DNA of 64,000 nucleotides from Podarcis tiliguerta (Eukaryota). The stretch lies in assembly GCA_965153285.1 (NCBI GenBank), contig OZ229122.1, one strand, 5' to 3'. This document shows, piece after piece, positions 13,310 to 24,689 of this stretch; position 1 is the first letter of the stretch, and the number at the start of each line of letters is the position of its first letter. Made by a program: the position numbers and the translations under genes. The notes beneath the pieces are model-generated. The model made no database searches. It saw only the letters and a program-made list of their open reading frames with translations, and was not told the DNA's origin.

Positions 13310-13739
13310 TTCTAAACAACCCCCACAAACAGCTGCTGGCAAACAAAATTCTCATTTTGAAGAAGGTGGGGCAGTTTTCTAAGATTTCTGCTGCTGCTGC
13401 TACTTTTACTTCCTGCACCAGGCTATGAATTGGAAAAGTTGAGAGTAAGAATGGGGCAGCAGCCTTGAGCCCAGAGAACCTGAGTTAATTTGCTCAGCGA
13501 GGTTCTTGCCGAAAGGGCTGCAGGAGCAGCCGTGTTGGTAGTAGGGTGGGTGCTTCAGCTAACCCTGCAGGGGCTGACACCGGTTAGTGGGAAAGGTGCT
13601 ATGGTAAGAGAGCAAAAATGGGAAATGCTGTCGGGGACAGGTGGGGACTTTGTCTGAACTCACGCCGCTCGGGCACTCGGGACTCCAGCTCGGATTAACT
13701 GCAGCACCTTCTCTGTAAGGGCGCAACACAAATGCTTGG

Positions 13740-14100
13740 GGCTTTTCAGTTTAGGAAAACACGTAATCAGCTGGGGGTGAAGAGACCTAATAGAGGCTTA
13801 CTGCATCAAGCATATTGCAGAGAAAGCAGGTTGAAGTTTTTCTCCCCCACGAAATAAGTCAAAGTTTTGGTCATCCAGTGAAAGGAACTGGCAGGTTGTT
13901 TCAGAGCAGATGAGAGAGAGTGCCACACAGTGTATAATGATTCATGGGATTCGCTGCCACAAGATGAGACAGCCGCTGGCTTAGGTGGCTTTAAAAGGGG
14001 GATTAGAAGGATCAGTCTGTCAATGGTAACTGATCATGATGGCTGCGTGGCGTTTCCAGGTTCACAGGCAAGATAGTTCCTTCCCAGTACTAGTTGCTGG
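13740..14100 (+). mobile_element. Degraded CR1 LINE 3' fragment
   Basis: Resembles the CR1 fragment at 33380-33862 (ggctttaaaaggggg, catgatggct motifs). Confidence 0.5.
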
Positions 14101-15839
14101 ACCTCTGATCCGATCCTGCGGGGCTTTTCTTGTATTGAATCCTTCCAACTCTTTGCTGCTCTTGCCTTCAAAATCATGGCAGGTTAGGGGTTGAAATGGT
14201 GTGTACATAGTCTTCTGAGTTTTATTTATGAAGTGCCTAAAATTACCATGTACTGCACATTTTAGAAAAATCATTCTCTGCTTCGCAGGGTCACGCTTTG
14301 AAATCTAACCAGCATCATTAGGAAGTGAAGGGAGGGAAGAAACTGAGAGGGAGTACTGTATAGCCAAACCTGTAATGGCCTGTTGAAAGGAAATGCAGTC
14401 TAGAATAAATTGGCTTTCTAAAAGAAGAAACCAGAGAGGCAGAGGTAGGGAGTTACATGCAGAGTTAGAAGCCAGCGGCCTGGCTGAGCCATGGTTTGCT
14501 CAGCATACTTAGTTTGAACATCCAAACCCAACCCAGCAGACTAACCATGGTTTGTTTTCTGGCAACCATAATGCGAAGCAATTGGGGGATTTTGTTGGCT
14601 TACAAACTGGTTTGTTCAAACTATGGTATGGCATAATACCTGCACCCAGCAGTCTTAACTATGGTTTGTTTGGCAGCTCCACCCCAGGCACTATAGAAAA
14701 ACAAGACAAAAACAGCTGGAAAACAAGTCACACTTTGAGGAAACCAGTTGTTGCTTGTTTGCTTGTCTGTAAAACTACTCTTGTGTTTATTGAACAAACC
14801 GTGGTTTAGAGGCGTGTGAACACAACCAGAACAAATGGCTGCAGACAATAGGAAAAAGGGAGGGGACATAACCAGAAGATGATATTTTTAATTAAATCTT
14901 GTTCTACTAAAAGTACTCGGATCAATGAGTGGACTAAGGAGTGAAATCATGTAAGGAGAAATGGCGAGAAAGGAGTAATGTCAAGAGGAAGGAGGAGACT
15001 TTAAAATAAGTTTATAGATAACAAGATGATTAGCAGAGCTGAGGACTGAAACAAGGAAAAAGACAGGAGACCGATTAGAGTTATATTAGGGCAAACAGGG
15101 TGAGAATTGGCAAAAACTTGCTACCGTCTTAGCACCATCAAAAGAAAGGACTGGATGCATCTAATGATTTTTAAGAAAAACAGCAAGCCTGCATCAGAAT
15201 GACTGTGGATTAAAAAGTGAGATAAAAACACACACTAAGATTGCAAACAAGCAGCAGTAAAAAGTAACATTAAATCTTAAGCATAATTGGGACACTCAGA
15301 GATGATAAATCCAGTTTTTGCCATTATTATTATTTCTTAAATTTATATACCGGCTTTCACCTAAAGATCACAGGGTGGTTTACAACATAAAAACACAAAG
15401 TGTATAACATAATAATAAAGAAAAAAACCCTCACATTTTAAAAGGCAGTGTGTGTTTAACAGCCAAAGACCTAGTTAAAGATGAGTGTTTTCGCCATGTT
15501 CAGCTGCTGATTGTGGTTGTGACGCCTACGACGAAACCAGCGAACAAGAACGGATGAAGCAAAAAAACCCAAACGAACCCCCCCCCCAACTCTTGAATAT
15601 CCTCTGCATGCAGGGATGCTAATAGAAACAGACAGCGGCTGCCAGCTGTCTCAGTGGAAGGTTTGTGCAAGTGAGCAGCGACCATCTCCACCAAAAGGGC
15701 TGCCGGAATGCCCTTTTCTCAGGACTGGCAAAGAGGAGTGTCGATTCTGCTGCGTAAGAGAAACCCCGAAAGCTGTCTGAGGAAGAGGACCCAAATCTGC
15801 AGCTATCTCTGAAAGAAGGGGGATAAAAGTTTTGCGCAG

Positions 15840-16004
15840 CTAATTAAACTGCACCTGCATCTTCTCTTGCCATTCTCTCAGTTGGTCCAGGTAGGATCCT
15901 TGCAGCGAATCTGATATCCTTAGGTCAGGCTCTGCTCCCTTTAATGAGGAGGCCCCGCTGGACTGGCTGAACTCATAGAGACCTTCCATGGTCTTAGGGA
16001 TGAC
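15840..16004 (-). CDS. IRF3: IRF3 last coding exon (VIPKTMEGLYEFSQSSGASSLKGAEPDLRISDSLQGSYLDQLREWQEKMQVQFN*), serine-rich regulatory region
   Basis: Acceptor ccctttttacag; GASSL (human S385/S386) and pLxIS motif DLRIS (human DLHIS, S396); TAG at 15842-15840. Confidence 0.93.
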   Translation of the reverse strand, partial: VIPKTMEGLYEFSQSSGASSLKGAEPDLRISDSLQGSYLDQLREWQEKMQVQFN

Positions 16005-16240
16005 CTGTAAAAAGGGAAGTGGGGAGAGACCAGAACAAAACAGTTGCTGCTACTTGTGTTCCGTTCATTTAGTTCTTAGAACTGCCTACCGTGTGTGGCA
16101 GGGCAGAGACTATAGCATTTTCCCACTTTATCCCCAGGGCTACATCAAAGGAGGGAGGGCTAGGCTACCTTAGAGGGAACAGCTCTGCCCACTGCAGTGA
16201 AAACAGACTTTGGCTACAAAGTTTTGCTGATTAATGGACA

Positions 16241-16690
16241 TACAGTGGTACCTTGGGTTACAGACACTTCAGGTTACGGACACTTCGGGTTACAAACTCT
16301 GCTAACCAGGAAGTGGTTGCTCCAGGTTAAGAACTTTGCCCCAGGATAAAAACGGAAATCGCGTGCCAGCAGCAGCAGGAGGCCCCATTAGCGAAAGCAC
16401 GCCTCAGATTAAGAACTGTTTCAGGTTAAGAACGGACCTCTGGAACGAATTAAGTTCTTAACCCGAGGTACCACTGTATATATAGTGGTATCTCGGTTTA
16501 TGAACTTAATCTGTGCCGGAAGTCCGTTCTTAAACCAAAACCGTTCTTAAACAAAGGCACGCTTTCCCTAATGAGGCCTTCCACCGTTCGGATTCCATTC
16601 TTAGACTGAGGTAAAGTTTTGAAACCAAGACTATTTCCGTTTTTGCGGAGTTTGTAAACCAAATAGTTTTTAAACTGAGGCACCACTGTA
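16241..16690. mobile_element. Two adjacent Tc1/mariner (Tigger/pogo-like) MITEs (16241-16478 and 16481-16690)
   Basis: TA-flanked TIRs CAGTGGTACCT...AGGTACCACTG, separated only by a TA run. Confidence 0.8.
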
Positions 16691-16834
16691 CATATTTATC
16701 AGCTAAAGAAGTAAGTCCCTATGAAAGCTGTAGGTGACATAAACTATCTGTTGCAGGGATGGGGACCTGTGGTCCTTCGCATGTTTAGTTCCAGTTCTCC
16801 CCCCCCCCCCACCAAGCAGGTTTGCATGACAAGG

Positions 16835-17132
16835 CAGTGGCGTAGCGTGGGTTGTCAGCACCCGGGGCAAGGCAAGTAATTTGGGCCCCCCCCCCCGCTG
16901 AACTGTCCCTCCCCCAGATAGTCCCTCGCTCTCTCTCCGCACCGCACCGCACGCCTGGCAACCTCCCCTCCACAGTGGGCAGCGACCCGGCGGCTCGGAT
17001 CGGATTCGCACAGCCAGCACTGCAGTGAGAGTGAGTGAGCCAGGTAGGGGCAGAGAGCTGCGAGCGCCCCCCCCCCCAGATGTTGCGCCCGGTGCGGCCG
17101 GCCCCCCCTGCACCCCCCACACTATGCCACTG
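16835..17132. mobile_element. hAT-type MITE (CAGTGGCGTAGCGTGGG TIR family)
   Basis: TIRs cagtggcgtagcgtggg / cccacactatgccactg; perfect 8-bp TSD tgacaagg. Confidence 0.88.
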
Positions 17133-17694
17133 TGACAAGGTAAGCCAAGCTACGGTTTAGTGGGATTACAGGGACTCCAAAAGTGGGACTCACGGGCACT
17201 TTATTCCTCCCCGGTTCTCTGCTGCCATGCCATCTGAACTGGGTATCATGATCAATCTCTCTCCTCCCTAACCATGAGCGATAGCCTTCTCTGATGTCTC
17301 TATCTTGACGGTATCCATATTAAATCTACATGAGATATGGAAGGTGGGCTTTTCCTTGGTGGCAGTAAGGCAGGTGGTGAGCTGTTTCATAGTGACAAGC
17401 AACACCTACGTTTTGTACAAATCCTAGAGCACAAATATACTGCTACAGAAGTTTTAAACAGCAATATACTTTATACCTGCTATGAGCTATTTGGTTCTCC
17501 ATTCACTGAATACTAGGCACATCCAATTCTGGCAGTAGATTTTCTGCTTCCGTTTTAAAAGAATGACCAAGTTTCTAGGGCTCATTGTTTCAAAGGCCTG
17601 CCAGTATCCCAATATTGAGTAAACAAGCCAGGGTTACCAATGTGGTGGGTGCCCTCCAATATTGCGGACTGTGCTTCCTATCAGTGCCAGCAAA

Positions 17695-17749
17695 CATGTT
17701 CGTTACCCCTACTTTAACGCACCATGTTCGTTACCCCTACTTTAACGCA
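17695..17749. repeat. Tandem duplication of a 28-bp unit (catgttcgttacccctactttaacgcac) x2
   Basis: Directly visible. Confidence 0.9.
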
Positions 17750-18964
17750 TCCTAATTGAGTGGCTTATTCAGAAAGATAAAATAGCCAGTTTGACTTTGG
17801 GTACAGAATGTAAGCAGTTGTATGGTATTTCATAAGAGAGGATCTCACAGCAGATGGAAATGCATTTTGTTATATGTGTAACAAATTTCTAGTCTGCTTA
17901 ACAATTTTAAACACACAAAAGGCATGGTTTGCCTATTGAAAGATACATCATAACTCAATATTACTTCAACTAAGAGATGTAAATATTACTGCTTTTACCC
18001 TTACCACTGAATAATCTTATTCTCTAGCTCAAGCACAGGGAGTCTGAGGCATTGATTTTTAAGATACTTACAAGACTTAAAAGACCTATTACTCAATTCA
18101 AGAAATCACAGTCAATCTTAGTTTTACATAATCCCACCTGTGTATAAAACAGTTGTAAAGATTTTCTTATGTGCTTTGATTCAAAAATGATGCATGTGTC
18201 ACCTTAGCCAATATCCTAATTATTTCCCTCTTCTCTCATATGCAATAAAGCAGGGAGGGGAAACCTGCAGTCCTCCAGATGTTGCTGGACTACAAATCCT
18301 ATCATCCCTGACCGCTGGCTTTTGCTGCCTGTGGCTGATGGGGACTGTAGTCAAACAACATCTGGAGGTCCACAGGTCCCATAGTGAATCCTCAGACAAA
18401 GGAACTTTCATTGCTCATGTCAACATTGCTTCCTCAACCTCGGCCCTTCAGACGTTTTTTGAGACTACAATTCCCATCATCCCTGACCACTGGTCCTGCT
18501 AGCTAGGGATCATGGGAGTTGTAGGCCAAAAACATCTGGAGGGCAGAGGTTGAGGAAGCCTGTGGTAAAGCTTCTCAAGGTGCATTAGCAATATCTGCTT
18601 TAGTTATCTTTACGCCTGGGTCAAAGTATGATGGGATAGCCTTTTTGTGAGTACCTCAGATCCACACCAGGTTTGGAATAAACAGGAGCAAGATGGCGCA
18701 GGAGGACATGTTCCAAGCAACCACTGTGGCAGAATTAATCTCCAGGTCTTCCTTCCACTCCAGCTCATAGATGCCCCCCCAAGAACATACTAAAAGTATA
18801 CCCCACTTTTCAAACCATGCATGAGCAACCCTGGTTGCAGCGAATCAGCTGTGTTAAATCAGTTAGAGGCAGCACTTGTAGATGTTTGCTTCTGAGCTGT
18901 GGAAAAGAGTGCAGCATATTGGACGGTGCTTAAGCAAAGCATGGAAAGGGACAGAAGTACTTAC

Positions 18965-19083
18965 TTCCACCATGAGCAGTTTTTTCTTCCAGGGCCGGCG
19001 GGTGTCTGGCCAATCTTCCCCAAAGCATAACCACAAGGTGTACTTAGGAGATCCCTGTCTGCCTTCCATATATGCAACCAGGT
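18965..19083 (-). CDS. IRF3: IRF3 coding exon (DLVAYMEGRQGSPKYTLWLCFGEDWPDTRRPWKKKLLMVE), C-terminal part of the IAD
   Basis: Matches human [28 protein letters not shown]; acceptor ctttctccccag, donor gtaagt. Confidence 0.95.
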
Positions 19084-19385
19084 CTGGGGAGAAAGGGAGG
19101 AGAGCATTTCCTTCATATTCTAAAGCCCTATCAGTTCCTCAGCTGGTAGCTGCATGCTGATTACTATTTCTGTGGCCTTTAACTCGGCACGAGGGCTGTG
19201 GAGGGGTATCAAATGTTGCCAAGGTCCACCAGGAAAGCTGCATGTTAGACCACCCTGGTAAAGATGCTACAATAGTACAGGGGAGAGGACGGAACCCTGC
19301 AGCCCAAGTGCCATGGGGCTGAGGAGCGTTCATCCAATGCCACTCTCGGAACACAACCTTGAAGGTAAGAACAGAACCAATGTAA

Positions 19386-19762
19386 AAAGGTAAAGGATTC
19401 CTGAATGGTTAAGTCCAGTCAAAAGCAACTAGGGTTGCAGTGCTCATCTCGCTTTTCAGGCCGAGGGAGCTGGCATCTGTCCGCAGACAGCTTTCCGGGT
19501 CATGTGGCCAGCATGACTAAACTGCTTCTGGCACAACAGGACACCGTGATGAAAACCAGAGCACATGGAAACGCCGTTTACCTTCCCGCCACACTGGTAC
19601 CTATTTATCTACTTGCGCTGGTGTGCTTTCGAACTGCTAAGTTGGCAGGAGCTGGGACCGAGCAACGGGAGCTGACTCTGTCACAGGGATCCGAACGGCC
19701 GGCCTTCTGACCAGCAAGCCCAAGAGGCTCAGTGGTTTAGACCACAGCGCCACCTGCGTCCC
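19386..19762 (-). mobile_element. Sauria SINE with 13-bp TSD (1 mismatch)
   Basis: Same family as 10342-10689; flanks agaaccaatgtaa (19373-19385) and agaaccactgtaa (19763-19775). Confidence 0.88.
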
Positions 19763-20039
19763 AGAACCACTGTAATAAGTTGCTTTCGATGTTTTCCCCA
19801 CTACATCAGCCCAGGAGGACTAGGAGTCTATGAACATCCGGGGAGCCACAGATTCCCCATCGCTGTCCTGAAGGCACAACCATTAACTTGTATTTCATTT
19901 GGCATGTGAGTTGAGTGCCTGTCCCTCTAGCAGTGGTGGAAAGAGAATCAAAAGTTATATTAACAGTGAGGGTGAGCCCTTAAGACACAAACCCTTACCC
20001 AGGAGCCCTTATGGAACAGGCAACATAGCCCTTGCATAC

Positions 20040-20408
20040 CTTGCACAAACTGCTGCATGCTGTAAATGGGACCCAACTGTTCCTTCAGTAGAGCCCCGTG
20101 AGGCGTCTCGTCTTCAGGCATCTCTGACTGGCTCCAGGACACATGGCAATGGCCTTGGCGCATGCCACACAGAGTCATACCCTCGATACGGAGAACCACC
20201 CCCGGAGCCACGCCTCGCAGAAGGCGCTGAGTGTAGGTCACTTGCAGGCTGTCGTTCAAGCAGCTTGGGTCAGGCAGGACCACGTCTGCCAAATAGGGGT
20301 AGCGGCCCTGGGAGCCTGGCGGCACGAAGCACAGGCCTCGCACGTTCTTGAATACGTCGGCAAGGACCAGCCGACCCCGATAGTAGACGCGGACCTCAAA
20401 ATCTGACC
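20040..20408 (-). CDS. IRF3: IRF3 IAD exon (GSDFEVRVYYRGRLV...LPDP...YTQRLL...GHCHVSWS...QQFVQ)
   Basis: Within ORF 19960..20631; matches human FEVTAFYRGRQV, LPDP and RLGHCHTYW; acceptor ctcctcctcag, donor gtatgc. Confidence 0.95.
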
Positions 20409-20660
20409 CTGAGGAGGAGAGAGGGATAGTTTGGGAAAGCCAGGTGCAAAACACCACCCACTCTTCCTGTCTCCCAGCAGCAGGAGACACAGCCTTTGCT
20501 GTTCCCCCAGGAGGAGAGCGACTTATTGCTCTGCTCGTGCAGCAGCCAGTATCATTCTGGAACGACCGCTGAAAAAAGAGCGCAGCAAATTGCCGCTTAA
20601 TTGCCAAACCTCTTCCAGAGAAACCACCCATTCAATGTCTTGTACGTAAGTCCTCCAAAG

Positions 20661-20895
20661 TACAGCGGTACCTCTGGTTGCGAACGGGATCCGTTCCGGA
20701 GCCCCATTCACAACACGAGCAGAACGCAACCTGCGTCTCTGCGTGTGGGTCGCAATTCGCCGCTTCTGCGCATGCACGTGACATCATTTTGAGCAGCTGC
20801 GCATGCGCGAGCGGCGAAACCCAGAAGTAACCCTTTCTGGTACTTCCAGATCGCCGCGGGATGCAACCTGAAAATATTTAACCTGAAGCAAACAT
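20661..20895. mobile_element. Diverged/truncated Tc1/mariner-type MITE
   Basis: Starts tacagcggtacctc; internal aacctgaa motifs shared with the other CAGTGGTACCTC elements. Confidence 0.55.
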
Positions 20896-21230
20896 AACAA
20901 GAAGTTACCGCATTCACTCCAAGCTGTGTGCAATAGGGACTGCAGATTACCTTCCCCAAACTGATAGGAGCACAAGGTGGTCTACATAGCACCCCACTCC
21001 TATAATCTTCACAACAGCCTTGTGAGGTTGGGCACTTCTGCCCCAGGAAGGTCACTTTGGTGATGCCAACAACATGGGAGGGCAAGGTTTTGAGTTATAA
21101 GCTCAACCTGATTGGCAAAATATACGAGCGCTAAGGGTTTCCTTCATCGGGGGGAGAGATCATGAGCGAGACGGATGATGGCTGGGGGGTCAGCTCCAGC
21201 TCCCAAGCTATTTTCACTGGGCTAAATATA

Positions 21231-21446
21231 TACAGTGGTACCTCGGGTTACATACGCTTCAGGTTACAGACTCCGCTAACTCAGAAATAGTACCTCGGGT
21301 TAAGAACTGTGCTTCAGGATGAGAACAGAAATTGTGCGGCAGCGGGAGGCCCCATTAGCTAAAGTGGTGCTTCAGGTTAAGAACAGTTTCAGGTTAAGTA
21401 CGGACCTCCGGAACGAATTAAGTACTTAACTCGAGGTACCACTGTA
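21231..21446. mobile_element. Tc1/mariner-type MITE
   Basis: TA-CAGTGGTACCTCG ... CGAGGTACCACTG-TA. Confidence 0.88.
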
Positions 21447-21666
21447 TTAAACAACAAGCCAATCGATTTTATTTTCACAGCTTGTCAGATGGTTCCCCCC
21501 GCCTGCCAATCATCTGATGTCAAAGTTGGCCTAGGAGGATGAGTGGGTGGGTGGGTGGGTATAAAGATCTGGCCCACCGAGCCAAAGGAGTTTTCCACCT
21601 GCTACTTTACACCCTGATTTCTACTACTTAAAAGCACATACTTCTTTTAGATCGAAAAGAGCTCAC

Positions 21667-21777
21667 CGAAAGTATCGCTACTCAAGAAGTTCTGCAGGGG
21701 AGATGCTGCAGTTGTGGGTGGAACTAGATTCAACTCGGATGAGGGCAGGCCTCCACAGAAAGCGGGATTCTCTGCTG
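21667..21777 (-). CDS. IRF3: IRF3 linker exon, copy B (AAENPAFCGGLPSSELNLVPPTTAASPLQNFLSSDTF); 111 nt, phase 1-1; alternative in-frame acceptor at 21783
   Basis: Polypyrimidine tract with tttag/ctgtag acceptors; donor G|gtgagc; SPLQNFL resembles human NPLKRLL just before the IAD. Confidence 0.8.
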
Positions 21778-21860
21778 CTACAGCTAAACATGGTTGGAGA
21801 GAAAAAGACAAAGCAAGCACTTGATACCCAACACAGACACAAAAACAGACTCGACAGAGA

Positions 21861-23068
21861 GGTAAAAAAAGGGAAAGGGCCCCTGGACGGTTAAGTCCAG
21901 TCAAAGGCGACTATGGGGTTGCGGCGATCATCTTGCTTTTGGGCCGAGGGAGCCGGTGTTTGTCCACAGACAGCTTTCCGGGTCATGTGGCCAGCATGAC
22001 TGAACTGCTTCTGGCGCAATGGGACACTGTGACGGAAACCAGAGCGCACAGAAACGCCATTTACCTTCCTGCTGCAGCAGTAATAATAATAATAATTTAT
22101 TTATACCCCACACATCTGGCTGGGCTTCCCCAGCCACTCTGGGTGGCTTCCAACAAAATATTTAAATACAGTAATGCATCAAACATTAAAAGCTTCCCTA
22201 GACAGGGCTGCCTTCAGATGTCTTCTAAAAGTCTGGTGGTAGTAGTTCTCTTTGACATCTAGTGGGAGGGCGTTGCACAGGGTGGGTGCCACTACCAAGA
22301 AGGCCCTCTGCCTGGTTCCCTGTAACTTGGCTTCTCGCAGTGAGGGAACTGCCAGAAGGCCCTCAGTGCTGGACCTCAGTGTCCGGGTAGAAAGATGGGG
22401 GTGGAGACGCTCCTTCAGATATACTGGACCGAGGCTGATTAGGGCTTTAAAGGTCAGCACCAACACTTTGAATTGTGCTCAGAAACATACTGGGAGCCAA
22501 TGTAGGTCTTTCAAGACCGGTGGTCTCGGCAGCCGCTCCCAGTCACCAGTGTAGCTGCTGCATTCTGGATTAGTTGTAGTTTCCGGGTCACCTTCAAAGG
22601 TAGCCCCCCCCATAGAGTGCATTGCAGTAGTCCAAGCGAGAGATAACCAGAGCATGCACCACTCTGGCGAGGTAGTCCGCGGGCAGGTAAGGTCTCAGCC
22701 TGCGTACCAGATGGAGCTGGTAAACAGCTGCCCAGGACACAGAATTGACCTGTGCCTCCATGGACAGCTGTGAGTCTAAAATGACTCCCAGGCTGCGCAC
22801 CTGGTACTTCAGGGGCACAGTTACCCCATTCAGGACCAGGGAGTCCTCTATATCCACCCGCCTCCTGTCCCCCAAAAACAGTACTTTTCTCTTGTCAGGA
22901 TTCAACCTCAATCTGTTAGCCGCCATCCATCCTCCAACCGCCTCCAGACACTCACACAGGACCTTCACTGGTTCTGATTTGAAAGAGAAGCAGAGCTGGG
23001 TACCTATTTATCTACATACACTGGCGGCATGCTTTCAAACTGCTAGGTTGGCAGAGAGACGGAGCCTG
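21861..23068 (-). mobile_element. Sauria SINE split (21861-22080 and ~23000-23068) by a LINE insertion
   Basis: The SINE motif ttaccttcc...gtacctatttatcta is interrupted by the LINE and resumes afterwards. Confidence 0.75.
22081..22999 (-). mobile_element. L2-clade LINE 3' fragment (RT C-terminus plus tail)
   Basis: Translated pieces WMAANRLRLNPDK, LGVILDSQLSM, HALVISRLDYCNALY, LVLTFKAL, RTLRS, RAFLVVAPTLCNALP; (TAA)n tail at the 22081 end. Confidence 0.88.
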
Positions 23069-23284
23069 ACAACGCCGCAATTCCCGCTACTTTCAGAACA
23101 AAAATCTACTAGATTGTTCCTAAGGAGATGGGAACTGTTTTTTGTTGCTGTTCAGCAACTGGGAGTCGGGAAGCCTTGCCGATCTACCACAAAGCACACA
23201 GAAGATCTACCTTTGGTTCCTCCCACACTAGATGAAATGGATAATGGTTGCAATCTCGGCTTGGCCCTGACAATATTTCCTCAC

Positions 23285-23395
23285 CAAACGTATCAGCTCC
23301 CAGTATCTGATCCAGCTGTGGCTCTGCGATTACAGGTAGATTCGTATCCAAGCTGAATGGGGGCAGGCCTCCAATGCAGGCTAGATTCTCTGCTC
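23285..23395 (-). CDS. IRF3: IRF3 linker exon, copy A (GAENLACIGGLPPFSLDTNLPVIAEPQLDQILGADTF); 111 nt, phase 1-1
   Basis: Acceptor tttttgctgccag, donor G|gtgagg; open frame; paralogous to copy B. Confidence 0.75.
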
Positions 23396-23931
23396 CTGGC
23401 AGCAAAAACAAGGTATTTCAGAAGAACAACAACAAAAAAAGAAAATTTGATACTCGGCAGGCACACACAGAAAGAGGTGGATCTAGAATGAATGCCTGAG
23501 AATGCCAAAATTCTGGAATTTCTGGGTTATTAGAAATGCCTGGTACATCAGGGCAGAAGCTACTAATGGTCAAAGGTTCTTTGGTTGTGGTTTTGGAGGG
23601 AATGGGGCAATATAGGGCAGGAATGCAGGACTCCTCTTTCCAGATCTGGAAAGAAAACAGATTCTAGGGGTGGGGTGGGAGGTGGAAAAGAGAATTTCAT
23701 TCACCAGCAGCACTCTCACAACTTTCTTCTCTACATCCCATCTGATACATGGAGCACAGGCTCGGGACAGCTGAATCAAAAAGAAAAAATACATATGCAC
23801 AAAACTATGCAGTGAAAACCAGGTTAAAATGGTATGTGAAACCCCTAATTACTTGACTACAGAGTGGGGAACCTGTGGCCCTCTAACAGTTGTTGGACTC
23901 CAGTTCCCACCAGCCCCTGCCAGCATGGCAA

Positions 23932-24022
23932 TAGCTAAGCATGATGGGTGTTATAGTCTAACTAGCTAAGCATGATGGGTGTTATAGTCTAACTAGCTAA
24001 GCATGATGGGTGTTATAGTCTA
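23932..24022. repeat. 31-bp tandem repeat x3 (tagctaagcatgatgggtgttatagtctaac) inside a hairpin MITE remnant
   Basis: Directly visible. Confidence 0.9.
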
Positions 24023-24487
24023 GCAACCTTTGGAGGGGGGGGGTACAGTTTACCATTCCCAGCTCCATCCCAGTGCTGACTCAAAAAGACAAGAAGTGTA
24101 ACGCTGCTCAGCAGAAAGATGGAACGCAATCTTACATGTTCTCTCTAATGATGGAGCTGTGTCAAAAGTTAATACGAGAGCAGCTGCAGAAGAAGGGTGC
24201 AGGGTGTGTTTTTTTTTTTGGAGGGGGGGGACAGACTAGTTCCATGATGCATATGGTCACCGCCCCCCAAGATTCTCTGTTCAGATGTCTCCAAGAAAAG
24301 TGAGCATCTATATATAAAATAAGCAAAACTAAGCTTGGTGGCCTGAGTGTTGAACGTGGCTTGATTTAGAATTTCCCCTTCATTTCTTCTCCATGTTTTT
24401 ATTTATTCATTTATTTGATGCATTTATACCTCACCTATTTCCTGCGGCATCCGAACCAATCCCTTTCCAGTATCCTGGATCACTCAC

Positions 24488-24542
24488 CTTCTGTGGGGCT
24501 GCAATATTCCAGGGAACTCAGCATGCTCTCCAGGGTATCGCC
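24488..24542 (-). CDS. IRF3: IRF3 coding exon (GDTLESMLSSLEYCSPTE), NES-equivalent
   Basis: Acceptor cctttccttcag, donor G|gtgagt; resembles human EDILDELLGNMVL. Confidence 0.85.
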
Positions 24543-24689
24543 CTGAAGGAAAGGATAGAGACTGTTTATTCCTCTTTCCCTGTCCTCCTCCCCCTGGTGT
24601 CTCCCCTACAGGCTGCTCTGCTTCTTCTTTCCACTTCCCCATCCCATGGCTGCAGGGACTGGGACAGGGAGGAAAGTAGAAGCACTGAC

